DNA of 64,000 nt, from the NCBI GenBank assembly GCA_963706595.1, contig OY970166.1, positions 3,296,001-3,360,000 of the forward strand, written 5' to 3'. How positions within the stretch are numbered: the first letter of the stretch is position 1; each line of letters opens with the position of its first letter. Source of the stretch: an uncultured cyanobacterium. Lineage in GTDB: Bacteria; Cyanobacteriota; Cyanobacteriia; Cyanobacteriales; Nostocaceae. Below the pieces are notes generated by a model. The model was not told the origin of the DNA. It saw only the letters and a program-made list of their open reading frames with translations, and made no database searches. A program made the position numbers and the translations under genes. Shown in pieces: positions 30,753-40,559 of this stretch.

Positions 30753-30883
30753 ACTGGGGACTGGTTTGTAGGGGCGGGTTTAGCAATATCCTCGTTGATT
30801 TTGAATCATATCTGTAAACCCGCCCCTACCGTGGACTGGGAATTAGTGAATAATGATTTTAATACCCGATACCCAATTTAAAA

Positions 30884-31747
30884 ATGTGGACTGAAATTGA
30901 TACCCATATCAGCCAAGTCACTGGCGAAAAATTTCAAACTCAGCATAAGCGCAGTGTGAGTGGTGGCTGTATTAATCAAGGTTATGCGGTGGCTGATGGT
31001 GATTTGACTTACTTTGTCAAACTCAATCAAGCCTCTCAAGTTGCTATGTTTGAAGCTGAGGCGCTGGGTTTAAAAGAAATGCTGGCGACAAATACCATTC
31101 TTGTACCCAAACCGATTTGCTGGGGTACTGCTGGAAACTCTAGCTATATAGTGTTGGAATGGCTAGAAATGGGAGGCGGTAACAGCAAATCTTCCCAAGA
31201 AATGGGACGCAAGTTAGCACAGATGCACAAAGCCAGCAGCAGCAAAGGTTTTGGATGGGAAATTAATAATACTATTGGTTCCACACCCCAAATTAATACC
31301 TGGACAGCAGATTGGGCAAAATTTTATACTCAATATCGCTTGAGTTATCAATTTCAGTTAGCTAGACGACGGGGGGGGAGTTTTCCCAAACAAGAGCAAT
31401 TACTTGCAGCTATTCCAGAATTATTAGCAAATCATCAAGTGCAACCATCCTTAGTACATGGTGATTTATGGGGTGGAAATGCTGGGTGTACTGTGTCCGG
31501 TGAACCAGTAATATTTGATCCAGCAACTTATTTTGGCGATAGAGAAGTTGATATTGCCATGACAGAATTATTTGGTGGGTTTTCAGCCGATTTTTACCAA
31601 GGCTATCACGAGGTGTTTCCTTTAGATGCAGGTTATGAGCAGAGAAAAACTCTGTATAACCTGTATCACATTCTCAATCACTTCAATTTATTTGGCGGTG
31701 GTTATGCTTCCCAAGCCAACCGCATGATTGACCAGATTTTGCGCTAA
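30884..31747 (+). CDS. Fructosamine kinase family protein
   Basis: SGGCIN, LVHGDLWGGN and IFDPATY motifs. Confidence 0.92.
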   Translation: MWTEIDTHISQVTGEKFQTQHKRSVSGGCINQGYAVADGDLTYFVKLNQASQVAMFEAEALGLKEMLATNTILVPKPICWGTAGNSSYIVLEWLEMGGGNSKSSQEMGRKLAQMHKASSSKGFGWEINNTIGSTPQINTWTADWAKFYTQYRLSYQFQLARRRGGSFPKQEQLLAAIPELLANHQVQPSLVHGDLWGGNAGCTVSGEPVIFDPATYFGDREVDIAMTELFGGFSADFYQGYHEVFPLDAGYEQRKTLYNLYHILNHFNLFGGGYASQANRMIDQILR

Positions 31748-31770
31748 TATACGAAGCCAAAATTTAGCTC

Positions 31771-32055
31771 CTATTGTTGTGAAACAGCACTTAGCTGATA
31801 TTCTGAAATCGGCTGTTTTGTAATTAATGCATAAATAACATCTGGGTCTAAATCGGCTCCCGATTCCCATTGAATTGTCCCGTATTCAGGGTTAACTTGA
31901 ACAGTGGCAAAGTATTCTGGTTCTTTCAAAGGTGCAAACACGCCAGTAAATTCAACAATTTTGCTAATATCAATTACTCCTGCTACGCCATCTTCAAAGC
32001 TGATGTGAAGTTGATAGTTTTCTCTTGGTTCAACTGCAACGATATCTTTAAGCAT
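31771..32055 (-). CDS. DUF2442-family protein (putative antitoxin)
   Basis: L.ISFEDG..F..L..GTIQW..GADLDPD pattern. Confidence 0.75.
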   Translation of the reverse strand: MLKDIVAVEPRENYQLHISFEDGVAGVIDISKIVEFTGVFAPLKEPEYFATVQVNPEYGTIQWESGADLDPDVIYALITKQPISEYQLSAVSQQ

Positions 32056-32058
32056 GAT

Positions 32059-32319
32059 TTACTCTAATGGGGAGATTTTCTGTAAAGTTTGATTTTCTCT
32101 AGCCAGTTCCCAGTCTTCCATCAGTTCGGCTTGATGCAAAGTTGCCCATTCTGTGACTAGTTTAAAGAGTCTGGTTGTCAGTTCTCCTTCTAGAATTTCT
32201 AGAGTTTGAATGCTGACTATGGCCTTTTGGTTATTGTACCGAACATGAAAGTGTGGCGGTGGATGGTCGTTGTAGTACATGGTGATGATAATTCCAAAAA
32301 AACGGCTAATTTCTGGCAT
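32059..32319 (-). CDS. DUF4160-family protein (putative toxin)
   Basis: MPEISRFFGIII.MYYNDHPPPHFHV pattern. Confidence 0.8.
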   Translation of the reverse strand: MPEISRFFGIIITMYYNDHPPPHFHVRYNNQKAIVSIQTLEILEGELTTRLFKLVTEWATLHQAELMEDWELARENQTLQKISPLE

Positions 32320-32323
32320 TACT

Positions 32324-33190
32324 TCACTCCCTGGTTTCGATATCGTATAACTGGCATAAAGTGAGCAGTTTTTGTTTTAGGCGATCGCGCACATTTTCTG
32401 GCATAATCACTACACAGTCTGGCGCATATTGCATCACTTCACGACTAAACCAAAAGGTACTGGATACACGCCTGATAACTCGCCGCACTTTGGGTTTATC
32501 TGGTAGCCATTCATTGATATTGTCTTCTGGTTTCGCTTTATAGCCAAAAGCCAAGCCACCAAATATGTGCATTTCTACTTCTATCTCATCTAAGTGATTA
32601 CGCCACTCCCCAGGAATAGAAATCACCGCCGCATCTGTAATTCTATCTAAACGCAAACACCAGTTATGAATTAGTTCGGGGATATCAAAGTTTCCTTCTG
32701 TTTCTTCACACCAGCAATCAAGATATTCCCGCTTTTCGTGGGGATTAAGCTTTGCATGGCGGACGGTAAAATTAAATATACGCCCTGCTGGATCTTGATA
32801 GGAAAGCTGAAATGGTTGCTGTCGCCGGATATAGTTATCTATTTGTAAGCGCCAAGCTGGGGGGAGGTTTTCTAGGAAACCTTGAATTTCGGTTCGCAAT
32901 GGTATTGATAGTTCGCTGCGTTCGAGAAGTAAATTGGCAATAATTTGAGCTTGTTCTATTTGTCCAATATCGGTTAATGCACCAATACATCGGTGTAATG
33001 CCCTAATGCGGGCTTCTGTCCAATCATTATTATTACCGATAAGTAGCTTTCTTTGAGCGATCGCTTCTACCAGTTTCGAGATATTCGGGCGATCGCCCCA
33101 CATCATACCAAATTGTAAGGCGATCGCTTCTAGTTCCGCTTTATCGCGTTCTGTTAAAGAGAGAGTTATAGACTGACCTTTCCGACTCAT
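32324..33190 (-). CDS. CRISPR-associated WYL-domain regulator with N-terminal RHH-like domain
   Basis: SITLSL..NISKLVEAIA N-terminus; YLDCWC..LRLDRI WYL core; divergent from cas3'. Confidence 0.85.
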   Translation of the reverse strand: MSRKGQSITLSLTERDKAELEAIALQFGMMWGDRPNISKLVEAIAQRKLLIGNNNDWTEARIRALHRCIGALTDIGQIEQAQIIANLLLERSELSIPLRTEIQGFLENLPPAWRLQIDNYIRRQQPFQLSYQDPAGRIFNFTVRHAKLNPHEKREYLDCWCEETEGNFDIPELIHNWCLRLDRITDAAVISIPGEWRNHLDEIEVEMHIFGGLAFGYKAKPEDNINEWLPDKPKVRRVIRRVSSTFWFSREVMQYAPDCVVIMPENVRDRLKQKLLTLCQLYDIETRE

Positions 33191-33286
33191 ATTTATACGG
33201 ACACTTTATATGGATATATCTTGCCAATCTTTATTTTGCATGGCAATATAAGAAGTAACAACCAGTTACGGACACTATTTAAGTTT

Positions 33287-35468
33287 ATGTCCGAAGAATA
33301 CAAAATTACTCTCAAGCCTGTTTATTCTCAAACCGTCCCCACACCTGACGGAGTGAAATTACCTAAAGATTGGTCGCTTTCTTGGCATCAATTAGCTACA
33401 TTAGAAGCACTACGCGATCCAAATATTGATGTAGTATTCAACACAGCCATGACAGGCGATGGTAAAAGCTTGGCTGCATATTTAGAAGTTCTCCAAAGTC
33501 AATTTTCCGCCATTGGACTTTACCCAACTAATGAACTCGCCCGTGACCAAGAAACGCAAATTAGAGGATATATTGAACAATTCCAGCCAGAAGATGAGCC
33601 GCGTGTAGTTAGATTAAGTGGGGCTGATTTAGAAAATTATGCCGAAAATGAAGGATTGAAAAAAGCAGCAGCAATTTCTACCCTCACTAGCCAAAGAGAG
33701 GTATTACTCACTAACCCCGATATTTTTCACTACTTGCATCGAGGGGCTTATATAATTCGTGGCGATAGCCCAGATAAGTTATGGGGCAGAATTGATAAAG
33801 ATTTTGACTTATTTATTTTTGATGAGTTCCATGTTTTTGCAGCCCCTCAAATTGCCAGTGTAATTAACACAATGTTGTTAATTCGCTGTACAAATCGCCG
33901 CAAAAAATTTCTGTTTCTCTCAGCTACACCAGACACAAATTTAATTGGTAGATTAGAACAGGCAGGATTTCGTTGTCAAGTTATTAATCCTATTGCCGAA
34001 AATAAATACCAATTTCCCGAAACACCAGAAGAAGGACAGCAACTGCAAACACAGGGCTGGCGGCAGGTAGTCGCGAACAATCTCATTGAATTTTATTCCT
34101 TTAGAACCTGCTTTTAAATCTTCGGAAACTTGGCTAAAAGAAAACAGTGATTTAATTTTAGCTCAATTTCAACAGTATCCAGGTAGTAAAGGAGCAATTA
34201 TTCTCAATTCAATTGCAGCAGTCAAACGCCTAACGGTATTCTTTCAGGAAATATTCAAACCTTATAAATTAACAGTAGGAGAAAATACCGGACTTTCGGG
34301 AAAAGGCATAAAAGAGCAAAGTTTGATGGCTGATTTAGTTATTGGCACTAGCACAATTGATGTGGGGGTGGATTTTAAAATCAATTTTCTGATTTTTGAA
34401 TCATCAGATGCAGGTAACTTTATTCAGCGTTTGGGGCGATTAGGCAGACATGAAGGCTATGAGAAAAATGGTCAAATAATTAAATTTGAAAAGTTTACAG
34501 CTTTTGCCCTTGATGCCTAACTTTTTAGTAGAACGTTTATTTCAGGTAGATTCAGCACCCTTAGAGGTAAATAGTATATATGAGCGTCCATGTTTTCATA
34601 ATACAATTAGTGAAAATTATCGACAAATAAATGATTTTCGTGGTTATTATCGCCGTTGGGGAACTGTACAATCATTTTGGCTGTATTATCAATTGAGCGA
34701 TCGCACAATTAAACAACAGTATGCCCAAAGCCGAGAAACAGTTTCAAAAAGCCTGTGAGGAAGTCTTTGGAAGCAAGCTGAATCCATAGCTGGACGTAGT
34801 TTCAGGATGGGCGAAAGAATGGAAAGCACTGTCAGGTAAATCAGGAAATCCCATCGCTGACGATGCGGCTAGTTTTCGAGGTTCTAGTCCTTTGCAATGT
34901 GGTATTATACGATTTAACCGAAGAAAACGAAGCAGACAGGTTTAAAACCTACGATTTACCGGGAATTTTGGGCAATTTGGACATTGAGATGTGGACAGAG
35001 GCGGGATTTGTACGGACACTTAAAGAAACCGCACAACGCACCGGACAACCCATAGCCAAAGGTAGATTTGCTCATTGTCTAGCATTTATGAAGTTGCGTT
35101 CCTACCGCGAGGAACGGCTGAACTGGAAATTTACATATCCTGGGGACTTACAGCCAATAGCCGACGCTTGGAAAGTTCAGGTTTTAACTGGCGTGGAAAT
35201 TTGGCAACCTGACAATCAATGGATTGGTGCAATTAACAAACGACTGAAGAAGGAAGGTTTGGTTTGTTATGTAATTCGCCGTCCTGTGTCTGAGGTGCGG
35301 ATGCGGTTACGGCTACCGATGCACTTTCAGATTTATCCCATTAGTGATCAGTATAGCTTTCATGATGTTAGTGCGCCGTATGCGATCGCCTTTGGTCACT
35401 CTGCACTGCTGCTAGATACCCTCGCTTACACGTTTAAAAGCACAGGAGATGAGATATGGATTGTTTAA
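33287..35468 (+). CDS. cas3: Type I-D Cas3' helicase, broken by multiple frameshifts
   Basis: TGDGKS, DEFH, LSAT, STIDVGVD and QRLGRLGR helicase motifs spread over at least 4 ORF pieces. Confidence 0.88.
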
Positions 35469-35469
35469 C

Positions 35470-35585
35470 GTTTCAATCCCTGATAGGGATTTTAGTGATT
35501 GAAAGTCTAAAGGCGGAAGAACGAGCAGTAGTACGTTCACAGGGTATTTTTTCAATCCCTGATAGGGATTCAATGAATTTAAGCG
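35470..35585 (-). CRISPR. Mini-CRISPR: two degenerate repeats (35470-35505, 35549-35585) and one 43-nt spacer
   Basis: Both repeats keep the 21-nt AATCCCTATCAGGGATTGAAA 3' hairpin and handle of the main array repeat, in the opposite orientation. Confidence 0.85.
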
Positions 35586-35646
35586 CTTTAGACTTATACT
35601 ATAATTATAGTACACAAGTTTTACACAGGGTAAAAAAGTTTCCCTG

Positions 35647-35689
35647 GTTAATACAATGTGAACTCTATGTACTGTTCATTATTCTGACT
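35647..35689 (+). promoter_or_regulatory. Predicted promoter (-10 TACAAT at 35652-35657) and PAM-flanked target of the mini-array spacer
   Basis: GTT followed by AATACAATGTGAAC, which matches 12 of the first 14 spacer nt. Confidence 0.65.
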
Positions 35690-35699
35690 AATCAGGAAA

Positions 35700-35996
35700 A
35701 TGCAAAATCGAAATGCCGACCCCCACCTGACCAACCTTATACTCAATGCTGATTTTGAGCATCTTAACCAAGCATTGACTCTACGCCTATTTGATGAAGT
35801 CCGTGAAAACCGACGTAGTATTAGTGCGTTAAAAAGACAATTAGACGCGCTAAATGAAGATATATTACACATACTTGACAATCAAGATATGGAAATAAGC
35901 GAGTGTAAGGATCTGATTCTGAATCGTATTAGAAATCAGACTAGCGAAATTGAAGAGTTAAGGAGTCTCGTTAATTGGTATTGCATACCAGACTAA
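35700..35996 (+). CDS. Hypothetical 98-aa coiled-coil protein
   Basis: ATG with AGGA RBS; heptad-like helix; no family recognised. Confidence 0.6.
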   Translation: MQNRNADPHLTNLILNADFEHLNQALTLRLFDEVRENRRSISALKRQLDALNEDILHILDNQDMEISECKDLILNRIRNQTSEIEELRSLVNWYCIPD

Positions 35997-36055
35997 AATG
36001 AGATTTTCAACGTATTAAATGAGACAAGCCTTTACCGCCAATAACTACTGCGGCT

Positions 36056-37075
36056 ATGAATAAACCAATTTCAGACGAATACAGAAATTTACTAATAGAA
36101 GTAAAACAACGCATTCGTTCTGCCCAATATGAAGCACTGAAAGCAGTCAATAAAGAACTCATTGCCCTTTATTGGGATATTGGAAAGATGATTGTTACTC
36201 GACAACAGAATGCTACTTGGGGTAAATCAGTGGTGGAACAGTTAGCAAAAGACTTACAAGCAGAGTTTCCTGGGATTAGTGGTTTTTCTACGGCAAACCT
36301 TTGGCGAATGAGGCTTTTTTATGAAACTTATACCAAGAATGAAAAACTCGCACCATTGGTGCGAGAAATTGGATGGACTCACAATATAGTCATTTTAGAA
36401 AAGTGCAAAGATGACTTGGAACGAGAGTTTTATATCAAAATGACTCGCAAATTTGGTTGGACAAAGAATGTTTTGATTCACCAAATTGAAAATCAAACTT
36501 ATGAAAAGACTCTGTTGAATCAGACTAACTTTGATCAAACTGTTCCAGCAGAGATCCGTAATCAATTAAAACTAGCTGTCAAAGATGAATATACTTTCGA
36601 TTTCTTGGAACTAGCAGATGAACACAGCGAACGACAGCTAGAAGAAGCGATTTTGGCAAGAGTTGAACCATTTTTACAAGAAATGGGCGGGATATTTGCT
36701 TTTATCGGTAGTCAATATCGACTAGAAATTAATGATGAAGAATATTTCATAGATATTTTATTATACCATCGCTGTTTAAAGTGTTTGGTAGCAATAGAAC
36801 TAAAAATTGGTAAATTTTTACCCGAATATATTGGTAAAATGCAGTTTTATTTGGCTGTATTAGATGACACGGTAAAATTACCTGATGAAAATCCTTCCAT
36901 TGGTATAATTCTTTGTAAATCTAAGCAGAGAACCATCGTTGAATATGCATTAAAAGAATCTAATAAACCAATTGGTGTAGGAACTTATCAAATAGTTTCA
37001 ACATTGCCTGAAGAATTAAAAAATCAACTTCCAGACCCAGAGCAAGTTGCAAAACTGCTAGAAGGTTTTGAATAA
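36056..37075 (+). CDS. YhcG/DUF1016 PD-(D/E)XK nuclease-domain protein
   Basis: LYWDIG..WGKSVVEQLAKDL, KDEYTFDFL, IDILLYH..VAIELK and GKMQFY motifs. Confidence 0.9.
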   Translation: MNKPISDEYRNLLIEVKQRIRSAQYEALKAVNKELIALYWDIGKMIVTRQQNATWGKSVVEQLAKDLQAEFPGISGFSTANLWRMRLFYETYTKNEKLAPLVREIGWTHNIVILEKCKDDLEREFYIKMTRKFGWTKNVLIHQIENQTYEKTLLNQTNFDQTVPAEIRNQLKLAVKDEYTFDFLELADEHSERQLEEAILARVEPFLQEMGGIFAFIGSQYRLEINDEEYFIDILLYHRCLKCLVAIELKIGKFLPEYIGKMQFYLAVLDDTVKLPDENPSIGIILCKSKQRTIVEYALKESNKPIGVGTYQIVSTLPEELKNQLPDPEQVAKLLEGFE

Positions 37076-37168
37076 ACACTCGAATTTATAAAATTAATTA
37101 TGTGGTTAATCAATATCCGTTTTACGTGCGATAAATAAATACCTATTTAATTACATTGGATGTAGATA

Positions 37169-40100
37169 ATGAATAAAAAAACAAAACCCACCGCAAAAAA
37201 TCAACAACTGTCTTTGTTTGAAAATAATACTGAAGAAACGGAAGAATTAGAAGATGATTTCTTAAATCAAGACTTTGGCTTTGATGGTGATTCTTCAGAC
37301 CGTACCATTGAAAATGACGGCGAATTACTCACACTCAAGTTATTGCGAGAAGCAATTCAGGCGGAAAATCCTGATGATCAAGTAATGGCAGATTTTGCCG
37401 AATATGTTTTACCAAACTTGCTAAAGATAGCCATTGGTGTCACGGCTAAAGGAGGTAAATTCTTTGATGAAATCGACCAACAGCGAGAAGCAGAAGGTAA
37501 AACTAAAGTTAGGCGAGATAATGCTGCTGACCAATCTCTAAATACTCACTTACTCAATGGGTTATTTCCCGCTAATTTAATAGAAAAGCGGTTAGAAAAA
37601 CTCAATACCACAGTGCGGCGAGTGGTGAAAGAAAGAGAACGCCGCTTAGTAATTGCTGGGTTTATTTTACATGATTTTGAAAAATTTCCTGATGCACCAG
37701 AAGATTGTCGCAAGTTACCGTTAGCAGAACATCGCCAAATTATTGATCAAAAAGTTCGCCAGTTAGGACTTGATAAGTTTATCAACCCAGATAACTCAGA
37801 AGCTTATCGAGAGTATTTAGATGATTTATTGTGCATGGCTTATAATGCTCAACGACGCTGGGATACTAACTGGAATTTCTCGGAATTTGGCTTAAATCCT
37901 GTTCTCAAAGACCGTACCCTTCGCAGTCTGTCTGATTTAACTTGTTTGGCTGATTCTCTCGCTTCAATTGTTAAACATCCTCAAGATGCAGAAAATACCA
38001 GACTCCAAGAAATTATCCATAATTTGAGTGATGGACAGTTGAAATTTACCTATCACAGCATTGCTGAGAATAGAGGTGTTTTAACTAATGTGGTGAATAA
38101 TGCTTTAATTAAAGCTCATACAAGTCTTAACACTGATGAAAATATCTACTATGAACCTTTGTTATATCTGCCAACAGGTGTAATTTATTTAGCTTTGCGT
38201 AATGCGCCACCTATTGCACAAGCAGACTTATCAGACCGTGTAGTTGATAGTATTAAATCACTTTGTGCAGGTCAATTGCGCCTCAGACAAACAGGATTTG
38301 GTAGAGATGGTAAAGGTATGAAATATGCCGAATATTACAATTTATTCTTTGATGATTTAGGTTTAATGCGAGTAGCTTTAGATGCTACATTACGTATATT
38401 GAATCCAAACAAAACTTCTGTTGCTCAAAGTCGCAGTGAAAATCTGATTAAATTTCAGCAAAAAAATGTTTTATCTCCTGATTATAACTTTAACTTTACA
38501 GATGATATCCGCATCGACCAAATAGCCGAATTTGGTGATTTAATCAGTCGGAAGATTTGGGAAGAAACAGTTAATCGCATTGATGTTGCTAGGAAGAAAG
38601 ATAAAAAACTGCCAGCAGTTCCAGATTTAGATTTAACTCACAAAGTGGCAGAGTTTTGGAACTTAGCAGAATATTTACCCCCCATTCGAGAAATTCAACG
38701 CATTAATGAAAGTCTCAAAGAAAATAAGTTAAAAGGAAATACTGGCGGAGTACCTTATGAATGGTATTACCTCGCAGCGAAATATCTCGAACTTCATCCT
38801 GGAATTGAAAATGTCCGCGAAACTTGTCAGCAAGTTATCGATTACTTAGCAACTTTGATTTCTCCGATTATTTCTCAGTATGAATTACCTGATGGGTGGG
38901 ATGATTTAAGGCTTTGGGTAAATCGCGTTGTCATGTTACCAAACACAAATCAAGAATTATCACCCGAAACTCAAGTTCAGACATTTTTAGAGGAGTTAAA
39001 TAACTATAATGCTGCCAAAAAACCAGGACGAGGAAAACAACTTATTTGCTCAATTTCTCACTCAGCTTATACTGTGACTGAACAAATGGAATCAGCAGTT
39101 TTATTTACGCCGCAGGTTTATACAAATAAGCAAATGTTAGGAGGTTCTAACGCCAAGCGTAATATTTCTAGTATTGCTGGTGTAGAGATGATGCTGAGGC
39201 AAATATTAATGAATCAAACTCAAGCAGTTGGGAAACGATTTGAGGATGGTAAATATCGCTATCTCTACTTTTACCCGACTTATTACTTCACACCGGAAAC
39301 TAATAAGTTTTTGCAAAAAGCTTACAACGGTATTGCTCAAACTCGCTTTGATACCAGCGTCCGTAATCATTTTATCAGTAAGGATTTACAAGCCGATTTA
39401 TCTAGAGAAAATTACCAAAGTGTAGATAGTTTCTTAATTGACGAAAATCTCCAGGCTGACAAAGACCGCACATTTAAACTTTCTTATCCAGAAGACCAGC
39501 CTTTAACATTTTACTTCATGGCACTGCCACCAGGAAGAGATAGCACAGATACAGAATCTTGGGTAATGCCAACTTGGTTAGCCTTTGCTTTTCCGATGAT
39601 TTTAGATGTGAAAACTGTGGTTTCTGAGTCGCCAATTCCACCTTTTAACGATGGTTCTGAATTTGAGGAAAGCGTTTTCTTAGATAGTGCGCCTCATGCT
39701 TTCCGGGCTTTGGTAAAAAGAGATAGATTTCGTCTTGACTATATTCTGGAAGGTTGGCAAGAAAACGGTATTCAATACCCTGCACCCTTGAATGTGCTTA
39801 CAGCCGCTTATGCCATTCATTTAGATGTGAATGCTAGACAAGGTAAAACTGGTTACGATGCCAATTGGGGGAGATTTACAGAACTAGCAAAGGATTTTGA
39901 AACCAGTTCTTTGTATGTGTTTGCTTATCTCAATCGTTGGGTGCGTAACCAAGGAGTAGAAACAGCACGCATTGAGAAAATTAGGCTTTATGTCTATCAT
40001 TTTTACCCTTGTTTTGACCCTTATGTTAAATATGACAAAAATATGGAGCAATTAATTGTGGGAGAAGAATCAAGCCTAAATCATCCGAAAAAAGTAACAG

Positions 40101-40507
40101 ATTTATACCGCCGATTTTACCGAGCAAATAAGCGTTATAATCCCAAGTCTAATGCTGTGTTGAAACCAATAGATATCGCTGCTGAAACTATTCTTAAAGC
40201 TGACTCAAGTGTGTTTCATGGAGAAACATTAGTGGCGGCTGTAGCGGCTGAAGTCTTCAAACTCATGGATCGTGTTCATTCTTCTACTGCTGAAGGACGT
40301 TGGGTAATGAGTAAACGGGAGGAAGAACGACAAGCTGTTCTGGAGTTTGCTAAATATTTTGTACAGGAGGTATTTGAGAAATCTTTTGCAGGCGATCGCG
40401 CACGTTTAGCAGGTCGTCAACTTAACTTAATTCGAGATACTTGTGAATTTCTTTATCGCCTTGAAGATGACAAAGAAAATGCAGAAAAACTTGTAGAAAC
40501 CGAATAG
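37169..40507 (+). CDS. cas10d: Type I-D large subunit Cas10d/Csc3 with HD domain
   Basis: DQSLNTHLLNG and ILHDFEK HD motifs; size and position. Confidence 0.92.
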   Translation: MNKKTKPTAKNQQLSLFENNTEETEELEDDFLNQDFGFDGDSSDRTIENDGELLTLKLLREAIQAENPDDQVMADFAEYVLPNLLKIAIGVTAKGGKFFDEIDQQREAEGKTKVRRDNAADQSLNTHLLNGLFPANLIEKRLEKLNTTVRRVVKERERRLVIAGFILHDFEKFPDAPEDCRKLPLAEHRQIIDQKVRQLGLDKFINPDNSEAYREYLDDLLCMAYNAQRRWDTNWNFSEFGLNPVLKDRTLRSLSDLTCLADSLASIVKHPQDAENTRLQEIIHNLSDGQLKFTYHSIAENRGVLTNVVNNALIKAHTSLNTDENIYYEPLLYLPTGVIYLALRNAPPIAQADLSDRVVDSIKSLCAGQLRLRQTGFGRDGKGMKYAEYYNLFFDDLGLMRVALDATLRILNPNKTSVAQSRSENLIKFQQKNVLSPDYNFNFTDDIRIDQIAEFGDLISRKIWEETVNRIDVARKKDKKLPAVPDLDLTHKVAEFWNLAEYLPPIREIQRINESLKENKLKGNTGGVPYEWYYLAAKYLELHPGIENVRETCQQVIDYLATLISPIISQYELPDGWDDLRLWVNRVVMLPNTNQELSPETQVQTFLEELNNYNAAKKPGRGKQLICSISHSAYTVTEQMESAVLFTPQVYTNKQMLGGSNAKRNISSIAGVEMMLRQILMNQTQAVGKRFEDGKYRYLYFYPTYYFTPETNKFLQKAYNGIAQTRFDTSVRNHFISKDLQADLSRENYQSVDSFLIDENLQADKDRTFKLSYPEDQPLTFYFMALPPGRDSTDTESWVMPTWLAFAFPMILDVKTVVSESPIPPFNDGSEFEESVFLDSAPHAFRALVKRDRFRLDYILEGWQENGIQYPAPLNVLTAAYAIHLDVNARQGKTGYDANWGRFTELAKDFETSSLYVFAYLNRWVRNQGVETARIEKIRLYVYHFYPCFDPYVKYDKNMEQLIVGEESSLNHPKKVTDLYRRFYRANKRYNPKSNAVLKPIDIAAETILKADSSVFHGETLVAAVAAEVFKLMDRVHSSTAEGRWVMSKREEERQAVLEFAKYFVQEVFEKSFAGDRARLAGRQLNLIRDTCEFLYRLEDDKENAEKLVETE
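40058..40507 (+). CDS. cas11d: Cas11d small subunit, predicted internal in-frame translation of cas10d
   Basis: GGAG at 40045-40048, 9 nt before in-frame GTG 40058; 149 aa; alternative ATG at 40043. Confidence 0.6.
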   Translation: MGEESSLNHPKKVTDLYRRFYRANKRYNPKSNAVLKPIDIAAETILKADSSVFHGETLVAAVAAEVFKLMDRVHSSTAEGRWVMSKREEERQAVLEFAKYFVQEVFEKSFAGDRARLAGRQLNLIRDTCEFLYRLEDDKENAEKLVETE

Positions 40508-40559
40508 ATAAATCTGTTCTTTTGGTACATCATAAAAAATCATTCTTTGGAGACTAATT

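Noticed and set aside
35620..35634. Second partial match of the mini-array spacer (TACCCTGTG, minus strand)
   Set aside because: Only spacer nt 3-11 match, positions 1-2 mismatch and the flank is TTT rather than GTN
35412..35881. Overlapping ORFs 35412-35615, 35456-35752 and 35648-35881
   Set aside because: They run through the mini-CRISPR/promoter or antisense to the 98-aa ORF, with no recognisable protein features
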